A stretch of DNA of 64,000 nt, from positions 1 to 64,000 of the forward strand of contig CP182352.1 of the NCBI GenBank assembly GCA_048571215.1. The letters are read 5' to 3'. The notes beneath the pieces are model-generated. The model was not told the DNA's origin and made no database searches. It was given only the letters and a program-made list of their open reading frames with translations. This document shows positions 1 through 9,878 of this stretch, piece by piece. This DNA is from Halarcobacter sp. (GTDB lineage: Bacteria > Campylobacterota > Campylobacteria > Campylobacterales > Arcobacteraceae). Position numbers and translations under genes: made by a program. How positions within the stretch are numbered: the stretch's first letter is position 1; each line of letters opens with the position of its first letter.

Positions 1-2
1 TA

Positions 3-2030
3 AATGAACTTAGTATCGTAGATTCTCGATTTACTGGGCGTGGGGTAAAGGCTGATGAAGCTTATAGAATCACCTCTCAATATATGGCTGATACATTAAT
101 TGACGAGAATAGTAAATATAATTATTTTGATAAAGTATCAAATATGGTTGGAAAAGTTGAAACCATGTTTAGAGAAACAGATACTTCAGGTTTTTCTTTT
201 GATATGGATAGATATTTCCAAGCAGTTGAAAACTTAAGAGCTAACCCAAATTCAGAAATTCATAAAACAACAGTTCAAACTCAAGGGAAAGTTTTAGTTG
301 ATTCTTTAAAAAATCTTTATTCAAATATAGAGAAAGAAGAAAAGCTTGTAAAACAAGAGGCTGAAGAACAAGTAACAAAAATTAATGATATTTTAAAAAA
401 AATCGGTGAAATAAATGTAAAAATTGCTGATTTTAATGGGGTAACTAATGATCTATTAGATAAAAGAGATCAATTAGAAAATGAACTTTCAAAATATATG
501 GATGTAACTGTTGATAGAACAAACAATGAATATCAGCTAAGTATAGGTGAAACAGTAGCAATTAGATTTAATACAAATGTAAGAGAAGTAAATCTTGTAG
601 ATGAACCTACCCCACAAATTGATAAATTTGTTACAATTGGTTCAAATGGAAGTACAATAGATGGCATTAAAAATGTTGATGCAACTACAACTAGAGATTT
701 TAAAGTTGGTGATACTTTAACTTATAAATTAAATAATGAACATGAAGTATCAATTACATTTGGTGAAACACTTAATTTTGATTTAGATGGTGATGGAACA
801 ACAGAAAATGTAACAGTAGATGACTCAAATTATATAAGAGCATTAGCTCATAAAATCAATACAAATACTGATACTGCAAGTTTAGTTACGGCATATAATG
901 GTAACTATACAGTGGATGAAAATGGTAATAAAGTTACTGATGATAGAAAAGATAAATTTTTAGTTATAGAATCAGATGTTGCAGGAGAAGCAGGCAAATT
1001 TGAAGGTAGAATCTCACTTTCACAACCTGTAGTTGATACAGGAGATAGTTTTTCATATGAATATAATGGAACTAATGTATCTGTAAAGATAGGAGATACA
1101 TCAACATATGCAGCTGATGGTAGTACAGTACCAGCATATACCATAGATGATACAAATTATGCAACAGCATTAGCTGGTGCAATAAACAATAGTGCATTAA
1201 ATGCAGATTTAACAGCAGATGTAGACTCTGATGGATTTTTAACAATTACAGAAAATAGTTCAGGTACGGAAATAGACGGCAAATTATCTTTTACTTCTTC
1301 TATATATGGAACAGCACCTGAGTATTCAAGAGATAATATATTTAAAGATGATTATCAAAGTCAAGAAGCCGGAAATAGAGTTTATTTATCAGTTTATGGA
1401 AGTGAAGTATCTTTTAAATCAGGTAGTTTAAAAGCTCAGTTAGAAAATCTTACAACAGATTCAGGTAAAAATAAATTTACAGTATATAAAGAGAAACTTG
1501 ATGCTTTTGCTAGAGCATTAAGTGATGTTACTGATAAATATGTTAAAACTGGTACAGATGAGTATGTTTATGGTGAAGTTGCAAGTGATGAGTATAGTGG
1601 AACAGAAGATATTAGAACATTAAATTTGTTTACAGGAAGTAGTGTTAAAAGTTTAACTTTTAATGAAGATGCAGTAACTGAATTAAATCAAGAGGATTTA
1701 GATTATTTAGCACAGCTACAATGGAAAGGTGATATTGGTTTTGATGGCTTTGCACAAGATGGAAACAGTAGTGCAGCTAGTTCTTTTTCTGAGTTTTACC
1801 AAGAGATAAGAGTAAATATCTCAACAGATAAAGAAAACAATGACTTTTTACTAGAAACACAAAATAGTGTAAAAGAGGCTTTACAGTTTGATTATGATCA
1901 ATATACAAAAGTTGATGGTGACGAAGAGATGATTAATTTAATTAAATTTCAAGCAGCATATACAGCTAATGCAAAGATTATTACAGTAGTTGACCAAATG
2001 CTACAAACACTGCTTGGACTAAAAAGCTAG
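3..2030 (+). CDS. flgK: Flagellar hook-associated protein FlgK (5' end lies before the window)
   Basis: Frame is open from position 3 (NELSIVDSRFTGRGV...); NDLLDKRDQL motif; C-terminal VDGDEEMINLIKFQAAYTANAKII typical of FlgK; upstream of fliD-fliS. Confidence 0.92.
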   Translation, partial: NELSIVDSRFTGRGVKADEAYRITSQYMADTLIDENSKYNYFDKVSNMVGKVETMFRETDTSGFSFDMDRYFQAVENLRANPNSEIHKTTVQTQGKVLVDSLKNLYSNIEKEEKLVKQEAEEQVTKINDILKKIGEINVKIADFNGVTNDLLDKRDQLENELSKYMDVTVDRTNNEYQLSIGETVAIRFNTNVREVNLVDEPTPQIDKFVTIGSNGSTIDGIKNVDATTTRDFKVGDTLTYKLNNEHEVSITFGETLNFDLDGDGTTENVTVDDSNYIRALAHKINTNTDTASLVTAYNGNYTVDENGNKVTDDRKDKFLVIESDVAGEAGKFEGRISLSQPVVDTGDSFSYEYNGTNVSVKIGDTSTYAADGSTVPAYTIDDTNYATALAGAINNSALNADLTADVDSDGFLTITENSSGTEIDGKLSFTSSIYGTAPEYSRDNIFKDDYQSQEAGNRVYLSVYGSEVSFKSGSLKAQLENLTTDSGKNKFTVYKEKLDAFARALSDVTDKYVKTGTDEYVYGEVASDEYSGTEDIRTLNLFTGSSVKSLTFNEDAVTELNQEDLDYLAQLQWKGDIGFDGFAQDGNSSAASSFSEFYQEIRVNISTDKENNDFLLETQNSVKEALQFDYDQYTKVDGDEEMINLIKFQAAYTANAKIITVVDQMLQTLLGLKS

Positions 2031-2039
2031 GAGGCTATT

Positions 2040-3425
2040 ATGGCTAATGGAGTATTAGGACTAGGAAGTGGACAAGCCGCTTCACTTAACCAAGATGTAA
2101 TAGATAAGTTAAAAGAAGCAGATAGAGCAAGTAAAGTAGCACCACTAGAAGCTAGAATTGAAGATATAACTAGTGAGGGTGGTGAAGCTGAAAAGATAGC
2201 AGAGATAACTGCAAAAGCAAATGAATTATTAGATGCTATCAAACCCTTTGATTTATATGTAACAAATGGAGTTACTGCATTTGATCAAAAAACTGCATCA
2301 ACATCAGGTGATTCTGCTGTTTTTGATGCAGCAGATGAGAGTAAATTAAATGTAGGTACAACTACGATAGATATTACAACTTTAGCAAAAAGGGATGTAT
2401 TCCAATCGGATGTGGCTAGTGGTGCTACTAAAGATGCAGATTTGAATGCAGGAGATTTAAATATTGCAATAGCTGGAAGTGATGGTTTATATTCGACTAG
2501 TTATACAATAGATACAACTGGAAAAACATACCAAGAGATTGCAAATGAGATTAATACTTATTCTGATTTGACTGCATCTGTTGAACAAGTTGGAGATGAT
2601 TCATATAGATTAGTTGTTAAAAGTGCTGATTCTGGTTTAGAAAATGAGTTGAAAATTACAGGAGATGCAAGTTCAGCACTTGGATATACAACAGATGGAA
2701 CAACTGAAAAGGCAGGTTCAAATGTTCAACCAGCTTCAAACTTAGAAGCAACTGTAAATGGTGTTGCATATGATGTTTCTACAAATACTATTACAGTAGA
2801 TAATGGTCTTAAAATAACAGCTGTATCTGAAGGGGTTTCTACAATATCTATTGAAAATGATACAACTACAATAGAAGATGCAATGCAGAGTTTTGTTGAC
2901 AAATATAATGAGTTTGTTGCCTTAGTTGATACAGAACTTTATGATCCTGATAGTAAAGTAGATGATAAATCAACTTTAAGAACAATGATGTCATCTATAA
3001 AAAACTATTTGTTTGGTTCATATGGTACAGATAGCGACTTAAGTATTTTCAATTTTGGTTTTGGAGTTGATAAATACGGTTCTTTATCTTTAGATTCAAC
3101 GGAATTTAATGATGCTATAAAAAATAATATGGCAGATTTAAAAGACCTATTTCTAGGAAAAGCGGAATCTGAAGGTTTAGGTACCCAATTAAAAACCTAT
3201 GTGGATGCCTTAGATGGTTTTGATGGTTTATTATACCAATATCAAGAACATATGGTTGAGAGACAACAAGACTTAGAGGAAGAAAAAACAAAAGCTGAAG
3301 AGGATTTAGATAATAAATACTCTTTAATGTCTGAACAATTTGCAGCTTATGGAGCTATTATCACTCAATTTGAAGCTCAGTTCTCTGGCTTAAGATTAAT
3401 GATACAGCAATCAACTGCACAATAA
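2040..3425 (+). CDS. fliD: Flagellar filament cap protein FliD
   Basis: N-terminal LGLGSG...VIDKLKEAD, central YRLVVKSADSG, C-terminal coiled coil ending QFAAY; GGAGG RBS. Confidence 0.92.
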   Translation: MANGVLGLGSGQAASLNQDVIDKLKEADRASKVAPLEARIEDITSEGGEAEKIAEITAKANELLDAIKPFDLYVTNGVTAFDQKTASTSGDSAVFDAADESKLNVGTTTIDITTLAKRDVFQSDVASGATKDADLNAGDLNIAIAGSDGLYSTSYTIDTTGKTYQEIANEINTYSDLTASVEQVGDDSYRLVVKSADSGLENELKITGDASSALGYTTDGTTEKAGSNVQPASNLEATVNGVAYDVSTNTITVDNGLKITAVSEGVSTISIENDTTTIEDAMQSFVDKYNEFVALVDTELYDPDSKVDDKSTLRTMMSSIKNYLFGSYGTDSDLSIFNFGFGVDKYGSLSLDSTEFNDAIKNNMADLKDLFLGKAESEGLGTQLKTYVDALDGFDGLLYQYQEHMVERQQDLEEEKTKAEEDLDNKYSLMSEQFAAYGAIITQFEAQFSGLRLMIQQSTAQ

Positions 3426-3493
3426 AAAGTATTTTATAACTTTTTTAAGTAAATATATACTATACTATTCTCATAATCTAAGTGGAGTGTGTT

Positions 3494-3850
3494 ATGGGAA
3501 TAGAAGCTTACCAGCAACAAAATGCAGTATCTAATGATCCTTATGTTTTAGTACTAAAACTATATGAGGGTATCCTAAAATATCTATCTTTTGTAAAAAA
3601 TTCTATGGAAACAGGTGATGTTGAAGCAAAATTTACATATATAAATAAATGTGTGGCAATTTTTGATGAATTAAGAAACGTACTTGATTTTGATGGAGGA
3701 GACGTTGCTTACTACTTAGATGGATTATATTTATACCAAATTGAGACATTATTTACAGCTGGGGTTGATGATAATATAAACTCAATCAATCAAGTCATGA
3801 AAGTTGTTCAAGGTTTAATTGACGCATGGAAAGACGAGACAGGTCTTTAA
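3494..3850 (+). CDS. fliS: Flagellin export chaperone FliS
   Basis: AYQQQN...DPYVLVLKLYEG...LDGLYLY...LIDAWK motifs; ATG at 3494 follows GGAG (ORF track starts at GTG 3482). Confidence 0.93.
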   Translation: MGIEAYQQQNAVSNDPYVLVLKLYEGILKYLSFVKNSMETGDVEAKFTYINKCVAIFDELRNVLDFDGGDVAYYLDGLYLYQIETLFTAGVDDNINSINQVMKVVQGLIDAWKDETGL

Positions 3851-4095
3851 AGGCTTTAGAGGAATTGTTTTATATCGATTCCCTAGAGTCTTATGAAAGA
3901 GCTGAAGCTCTTGTTAAATGGCATAATAAATATCTAATAAATACAAATGTTACAGATTTTGATCTTGATATAGAAGATTTTAAAAAACTTTTGGAACTTT
4001 TTTATAAAAATATCAATTTTTTAAAAGAACATATGAAACAAACCAAAGATGATATGGTCACAAATAGGAAAATGGTTAGATTTCTAAAAAACTAA
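3826..4095 (+). CDS. Small helical hypothetical protein, possibly FliT-like
   Basis: 89-aa ORF overlapping the fliS end, in the position usually held by fliT; no diagnostic motif. Confidence 0.6.
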   Translation: MERRDRSLKALEELFYIDSLESYERAEALVKWHNKYLINTNVTDFDLDIEDFKKLLELFYKNINFLKEHMKQTKDDMVTNRKMVRFLKN

Positions 4096-5075
4096 AGAAT
4101 TTTTTTAATACTCTCAAATAAACTATTAATATACAAATAAGCTCTTATATTTTTAGGTATTTTATTTATTCTACAAAGTTCCTTAAACTCTTTTGGCATA
4201 GTTGTTGTTTCAAAGGGACAAATATAGATATATTTTGAAGTGATTGTTATAGATATTTTATGTGATACAACTATTTCTTTTTGTTTTATTATCTCATCCC
4301 TTTGTTTTTTTGTGAGAAGAAAACCTCTTTTTTTTAAATCTTTGTCGATAATTCTAATATTTAGATTATCATCATCAAAAGCTTTGAAGATTTTTAATTC
4401 TTTTTGATTTAAAATGGGATTTAAATCTATATTTAATGAGTCTAAATCATTTTGAAGATATTCAAAACTTTTTTTTACACCATCTTGGAATTTTTCTAAA
4501 AAACTATTTGAAAAATTTTTTCTAAAATAGTTCCTTCTATATTTTTCATCAAAATTTGATTCATCTATAAAGTATTTGATATTCTCATTATCTAGATAAG
4601 CTTGCAAATCTTTTTTTGTATAATCTAATAGGGGTCTATAAATAGTATAGTTGTTTTTTTGTGAAATTTTATTAAGTCCAATTAGTTCAATTAAACCAGC
4701 ACCTTGACTTAGTTGCATTAAAAACCATTCCAATTTATCATTTAATTGATGTGCTGTAATCAATGCTTCATAAGAGTTTTTTTGAATAATCTCTTCAAAA
4801 AAGTTGTACCTAATATCTCTGGCTTTTTTTTCAAAGTTTGAAAGCTCTTTTAACTCTAAATTTTTTACAAAAATTTGTTTGTCATATTTTTTTGCTAAAT
4901 CTTTTGCATATTTAACTTCATCTTTTGATTGTTCTCTTACATTGTAGTTTACAATGGCAATATCAAAAGGGATGTTGTTTTCTAAAAGAATAAAAAAAAG
5001 AGCAGTAGAATCAAGCCCAGCAGAAAATGCTAAAAGATTTTTTGTGGTGTTGATTTCTAAGGTTTCAAATTGCAT
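4092..5075 (-). CDS. tilS: tRNA(Ile)-lysidine synthetase
   Basis: AFSAGLDS PP-loop, EKKARDIRY, TAHQLND, DESN and RRNYFR motifs. Confidence 0.95.
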   Translation of the reverse strand: MQFETLEINTTKNLLAFSAGLDSTALFFILLENNIPFDIAIVNYNVREQSKDEVKYAKDLAKKYDKQIFVKNLELKELSNFEKKARDIRYNFFEEIIQKNSYEALITAHQLNDKLEWFLMQLSQGAGLIELIGLNKISQKNNYTIYRPLLDYTKKDLQAYLDNENIKYFIDESNFDEKYRRNYFRKNFSNSFLEKFQDGVKKSFEYLQNDLDSLNIDLNPILNQKELKIFKAFDDDNLNIRIIDKDLKKRGFLLTKKQRDEIIKQKEIVVSHKISITITSKYIYICPFETTTMPKEFKELCRINKIPKNIRAYLYINSLFESIKKIL

Positions 5076-6427
5076 TATCTAATCACAGTAGCTAAAAGCT
5101 TATCTCCAGCAAGTTCAGTAACCTTAACTTTATACTTTTGTCCAAATTTTAATTTTATAGCTTCATTATTTTCATCAAATAGTTCACTATCATTTATATA
5201 AATCTCTCCATCAATTTCAGGAGCCCAAGAGGTTTTTCTTGCACTTAGTAGATACTCATGTTCATCACTCTCTCCATCAATGTAAACTTCAAAAACATTT
5301 CCCACTTCTTTTTCTAGGGATTCTTGGGTAGTTTGCTCTATAATTCCACCTAAGATTAGAGCTCTTTGGTCAATAATCTCTTGAAGTACTTTATCTGGTC
5401 TCTCATAGGCATCAGTTCCCTCTTCATCAGAGTAAGAAAATACATTTGCCCTATCAAATTTATAATTTTTTACATATTCACAAAGTTCATCAAAGTCTTC
5501 TTGGGTTTCACCTGGGTGACCAACTATAAAAGTTGTTCTTACAAAAGAGTTAGGAGTGTTTTTCATAGCATCCATTAATTCTAGTAATTTATCTACTCCC
5601 TTACCTCTTTTCATAATTTTTAACATGTTTTGAGTAATATGTTGTAGAGGCATATCAAAATAGTTTTCAAAGATTTTTGAGTTTTCTATTTTTTTTATTA
5701 GATTTAGAGTTGTTGTTGATGGATAAAGGTATAAAATTCTCGCACTCTCTATCCCTTCTATTTTTTCAACCTCTTCTACAAGTAATTCAAGACCATTTTT
5801 AATATCTAAATCCCTTAAAAAAGATGAAGAGTCTTGTGAGATAAATGAAAAATCTTTATATCCATTTTTTACAAGATTTTTCACCTCTTTTATTAGTGAT
5901 TCTAAAGTTCTTGAATGAAGTTTACCTTTAAAGCTAGGAATTGCACAAAATGAACAGCTTTGATTACACCCTTCACTTAATTTAATATAAGCATGGTATG
6001 AAGACCCTGTAATAACCCTATCATTGTTTTCATTTAATAAAAATACATCATTTGTAAAAGCACTTCTTTTTTCATTTACAAGGGTATCAATCTTATCATA
6101 ATCACCAACTCCTGTAAAAATATCAATCTCAGGAAGCTCTTTTTGAAGCTCCTCTTTATATCTTTCACTTAAACAACCTGCCATTACAAGAACAGATTCT
6201 TCTTTTCTATCATCATGAAGATTTAAAATAGTATTGATACTCTCTTCCTTTGCACTATCAATAAATCCACAGGTATTTACAATAATAACATCAGCATTAG
6301 TAGCATCATCTATTATCTCATAATCTTTAAGTTTTCCAAGCATAATCTCAGAGTCAACAAGGTTTTTTGTACATCCAAGACTTACTAAGTGCAAAGATTT
6401 TGTAGGTTTTTTTTCGGTAAATTTCAT
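5075..6427 (-). CDS. rimO: Ribosomal protein S12 methylthiotransferase
   Basis: SLGCTKNLVDSE, NTCGFIDSAKEES, radical SAM CNQSCSFC, APEIDG. Confidence 0.96.
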   Translation of the reverse strand: MKFTEKKPTKSLHLVSLGCTKNLVDSEIMLGKLKDYEIIDDATNADVIIVNTCGFIDSAKEESINTILNLHDDRKEESVLVMAGCLSERYKEELQKELPEIDIFTGVGDYDKIDTLVNEKRSAFTNDVFLLNENNDRVITGSSYHAYIKLSEGCNQSCSFCAIPSFKGKLHSRTLESLIKEVKNLVKNGYKDFSFISQDSSSFLRDLDIKNGLELLVEEVEKIEGIESARILYLYPSTTTLNLIKKIENSKIFENYFDMPLQHITQNMLKIMKRGKGVDKLLELMDAMKNTPNSFVRTTFIVGHPGETQEDFDELCEYVKNYKFDRANVFSYSDEEGTDAYERPDKVLQEIIDQRALILGGIIEQTTQESLEKEVGNVFEVYIDGESDEHEYLLSARKTSWAPEIDGEIYINDSELFDENNEAIKLKFGQKYKVKVTELAGDKLLATVIR

Positions 6428-6495
6428 TAGCTTATTTTATCCATATAATTTTTGGCGAATTTTAGCATAATATGTAGATTTTGTAAACTTTGATT

Positions 6496-7314
6496 TTATA
6501 TCCAAATATTATCAAGTAGCCTTGTATTACCAAATCTTGCAACAACTAAAATAATGCTATTTTTAGGTTCTATTTCATTTATTTCATTAAATTCTCTATC
6601 CACAATAGCTACATACTCCACATCTAAAATACCCATAACCTCATAGATTTTATTTTTTATTGTTTCTACATCATATATTTTTTTTGCCACAAGTGAAGCT
6701 GCAAAATATAAAGATTTTGAGATAAGTAAAGCATCTTTTCTTTGTTGTTGGTCTAGGTATACATTTCTTGAACTAAGAGCTAAGCCATCTGATTCTCTTA
6801 CTATATCGCAGGGTACTATATTTATTGGTAAGAAAAGGTTTTTTACCATTTGTTGTATTAATGATAATTGTTGGGCATCTTTTTTCCCAAAATAAGCATT
6901 TGTTGGCTGACATAGGTTAAATAGTTTTAGTACAATTTGCAAAACCCCATCAAAATGGCCAGGTCGGCTTTTCCCTTCTAGGATATAACTTTTGCTTGGA
7001 GCTTTTATTAGTATCTCTTCTTTTGTGTACATAGTACTAATTTCTGGCATAAAAAGATAATCTACCTTGCACATTTGACAGATTTTTTTATCTGCTTCAT
7101 CTTTTTTTGGATAAGAAGCTAAATCTTCCCCTGGAAGAAATTGAGTAGGGTTTACAAAAATAGATACAATCACCACCTCATTCTCTTCTCTTGCTTTTTT
7201 TATTAATGTTATATGTCCATTGTGTAATGCCCCCATTGTGGGTACAAATCCTACAGTTGAAGTTATATTTTTTCTTATATTTTGTAGTTCTTCAATTGTT
7301 TTAATAATTTCCAC
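6496..7314 (-). CDS. panC: Pantoate--beta-alanine ligase
   Basis: GFVPTMGALHNGH, SIFVNPTQF, RPGHFDGV, FGKKDAQQ, RLLDNI. Confidence 0.97.
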   Translation of the reverse strand: MEIIKTIEELQNIRKNITSTVGFVPTMGALHNGHITLIKKAREENEVVIVSIFVNPTQFLPGEDLASYPKKDEADKKICQMCKVDYLFMPEISTMYTKEEILIKAPSKSYILEGKSRPGHFDGVLQIVLKLFNLCQPTNAYFGKKDAQQLSLIQQMVKNLFLPINIVPCDIVRESDGLALSSRNVYLDQQQRKDALLISKSLYFAASLVAKKIYDVETIKNKIYEVMGILDVEYVAIVDREFNEINEIEPKNSIILVVARFGNTRLLDNIWI

Positions 7315-7330
7315 TGATTATCCTTAAATT

Positions 7331-8290
7331 TTATTTACCATCATAATTTGGATTTAGTTTTAGTAAAACTAAATCTGCCAAGATATTACCTAAGAGTGTT
7401 AAAAAAGCACCAATAATCAAAATCCCCATAATAACAGGATAATCATGACTTAAAGCACTTTGATAAAAAAGTAAACCCATCCCATTTATAGAAAAAATTG
7501 ATTCTAAGATAACACTTCCTCCAATAATTCCTGGTAATGATAAGCCCAAAAGAGTTACTACGGGTGGATATAGATTTGGCAAAATATAATATCTTAGTAT
7601 TTTTTTATTATTAAGACCTCTTGCTCTTGCAAAAAATATATAATCAGATTTTAATATCTCAATAGTCAAACTTCTTATATATAAGGTTAAACTTCCAATT
7701 CCTCCAAAGGTGATAATAGAAATAGGAAGAATTAAGTGCCAAGCATAGTCTAGATAATAATTTAAACTTCCATCATCGGGTACAGAGTGAAGTCCTGCAA
7801 TTGGCAAAATTTCAAGTGAGATGGAAAATATAAGTACACATAGAAGTGCTAGATAAAATGAAGGCATAGAAAAACTTAAAAGGGATAGTTGCCCTGCAAA
7901 TTTATCAAAAAAGCTTTTTTTATTTAAAGCTGCTTTTATTCCTAAATATAATGAGATTACAAAAATTAAAAACATAGATAGTATGTTTATAATAAGTGTT
8001 ATGGGAAGTCTATCTAAAACTTCTGTTTTTACCATTTGACCACTTGCAAATGAGATACCAAAATCAAGTTGAATAATAGCAGTAATCCAAGAAAAAAACT
8101 GCATATATAAAGGTTTATCCAAACCATAAATAGCTTTTAATTGCTCTATTGATTCTTTTGTAATATTTGGATTTAACTCTCCACTTGCAAAAAAAGAGTT
8201 TGGAGCCATATGTATAGCTAAAAATGATATTAAGCTAATTATAAAAAGCATGATAATAAGATATAATAATTTGTTCATAAATAGTTTCAT
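7331..8290 (-). CDS. Peptide/nickel ABC transporter permease (DppB/OppB family)
   Basis: YGLDKPLYMQF, DFGISF, ARARGL EAA loop, ESIFSINGMG, DYPVIMG; start placed at ATG 8290 (ORF track 8311). Confidence 0.9.
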   Translation of the reverse strand: MKLFMNKLLYLIIMLFIISLISFLAIHMAPNSFFASGELNPNITKESIEQLKAIYGLDKPLYMQFFSWITAIIQLDFGISFASGQMVKTEVLDRLPITLIINILSMFLIFVISLYLGIKAALNKKSFFDKFAGQLSLLSFSMPSFYLALLCVLIFSISLEILPIAGLHSVPDDGSLNYYLDYAWHLILPISIITFGGIGSLTLYIRSLTIEILKSDYIFFARARGLNNKKILRYYILPNLYPPVVTLLGLSLPGIIGGSVILESIFSINGMGLLFYQSALSHDYPVIMGILIIGAFLTLLGNILADLVLLKLNPNYDGK

Positions 8291-8332
8291 GAGCGTATTA
8301 TACAAAGTCAAAGATTAAAAAGTTAGGTAAAT

Positions 8333-8683
8333 ATGATAGGGATTGATGTAGCTTCAACAAATAGAATAAAAAAAATGTATGAAAAATTTGGAAGAAAGGC
8401 TTATGAACGCTTTTTAGATGATGAAGAGATACTTCTTGTCAAAAGACCTGAAACCGCTGCTGGTTTTTGGGCAGCAAAGGAAGCTGCAAGCAAAGCTATA
8501 GGTACAGGTATTGGAAAAGAGTGTTCATTTCGTGATTTAAAAATAAAAAAAAGTAAGCTAGGTGCTCCTAAATTAAAATATTCAAAAGTTTTAAGAAAAA
8601 AATTCAAAATCAAAAAAACATATCTTTCTATAACACACGATCAAGGTTTAGCAATTGCAGTTGTCCATAATATAAAAAAGTAG
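8333..8683 (+). CDS. acpS: Holo-[acyl-carrier-protein] synthase
   Basis: IGIDV, AGFWAAKEAASKAIGTG, LSITHD. Confidence 0.95.
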   Translation: MIGIDVASTNRIKKMYEKFGRKAYERFLDDEEILLVKRPETAAGFWAAKEAASKAIGTGIGKECSFRDLKIKKSKLGAPKLKYSKVLRKKFKIKKTYLSITHDQGLAIAVVHNIKK

Positions 8684-8685
8684 GT

Positions 8686-9066
8686 TTATTTTTTACTTAG
8701 ATATCTTTCTAAGATTATTTTGGCTGCAATGGAATCTATTCTTCCATCCCTTTTATATTTGATTTCACCTTTTATTAAATCTTCTGCTTCAATTGAACTC
8801 ATATTTTCCTCTTGTAACTCATAAGGGATATTAAGCTCTAAAAGATTTACAAAATGTTTTATCCTTTTTTGCATATCAAGGCTTGCACTAGGGTAACCAA
8901 CAATAAGCTTTTCTATTTGCCACTCTTTTAAAAAGTTATTTACATCATTTGAAGCTTGGTTCCTATTTTTTCGTAAAATTGCTTTTTGTGGTGTTACAAT
9001 ATTACTTTGCATACAAATAGCTATTCCAATTCTTTTTAGTCCTATATCAATGCAAGCTAATCTCAA
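8686..9066 (-). CDS. ruvX: YqgF/RuvX family nuclease (pre-16S rRNA processing)
   Basis: IDIGLKRIGIA, LIVGYP, EENMSS, IDSIAAKIILE. Confidence 0.92.
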   Translation of the reverse strand: MRLACIDIGLKRIGIAICMQSNIVTPQKAILRKNRNQASNDVNNFLKEWQIEKLIVGYPSASLDMQKRIKHFVNLLELNIPYELQEENMSSIEAEDLIKGEIKYKRDGRIDSIAAKIILERYLSKK

Positions 9067-9132
9067 TCAGTTTCCTTTAGTCTTTTTTTCGCTAATATTA
9101 TATCCTTATAAAAATAAAATAGGAAAATATAT

Positions 9133-9753
9133 ATGAAATTAGCTGTTTTTGATTTTGATTCTACACTTATGGATGGTGAAACCATTGATTTTTTAGCAAA
9201 ACCATTAGGGCTAGAAGAAAAAGTTGCAAGAATAACAGAAAAAGCTATGGCGGGAAAGTTAGATTTTTTTGAATCTTTAGTTGAAAGAGTATCTTTATTA
9301 AAAGGTTTAGAGTATTCAAAAGCTGTTGAAATTTGTAAAGACTTACCACTTATGCCAGGTGCATATGAAACAATAAGTGAGCTAAAAAACAAAGGTTATA
9401 AAGTAGTTTGTTTTTCAGGTGGCTTTAGAATAGGTACAACTCCTGCTTGTAAAAAGTTGGGTGTGAATGCAGATTTTTCGAATATTTTACACGAAAGAGA
9501 TGGAGTTTTAACAGGACTAGTTGGTGGAGATATGATGTTTGGTTTTAGCAAAGGTGACATGATTCAAAGGGTTCAATCTCTTCTAGGGGTATCAAAAGAG
9601 GATACACTAGTAGCTGGTGATGGAGCAAATGACATTAGTATGTTTCCCTATGCATCAAAAAAAGTTGCATTTTGTGCCAAAGAGATATTAAAAAAAGAGG
9701 CTAATATTATTGTTGATGAAAAAGATTTAACAAAAATATTAGAATATATATAA
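9133..9753 (+). CDS. serB: Phosphoserine phosphatase
   Basis: HAD motifs FDFDSTL, SGGF, GDGANDISM. Confidence 0.95.
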   Translation: MKLAVFDFDSTLMDGETIDFLAKPLGLEEKVARITEKAMAGKLDFFESLVERVSLLKGLEYSKAVEICKDLPLMPGAYETISELKNKGYKVVCFSGGFRIGTTPACKKLGVNADFSNILHERDGVLTGLVGGDMMFGFSKGDMIQRVQSLLGVSKEDTLVAGDGANDISMFPYASKKVAFCAKEILKKEANIIVDEKDLTKILEYI

Positions 9754-9878
9754 ATTACAAAGCGTCCTTTGACGCTCTTTAGGGTTTTGTTTTTTTTAAT
9801 AGAAATTTATTTTCTATGATAAAAAGAAGACAAAGGATAAAAGGTTCCCTTTAATAGGGACTATTAAAAGGAGATTTA

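Noticed and set aside
1..83. flgK as a 5'-truncated pseudogene
   Set aside because: The frame is open to the window edge, so the truncation is a windowing artefact.
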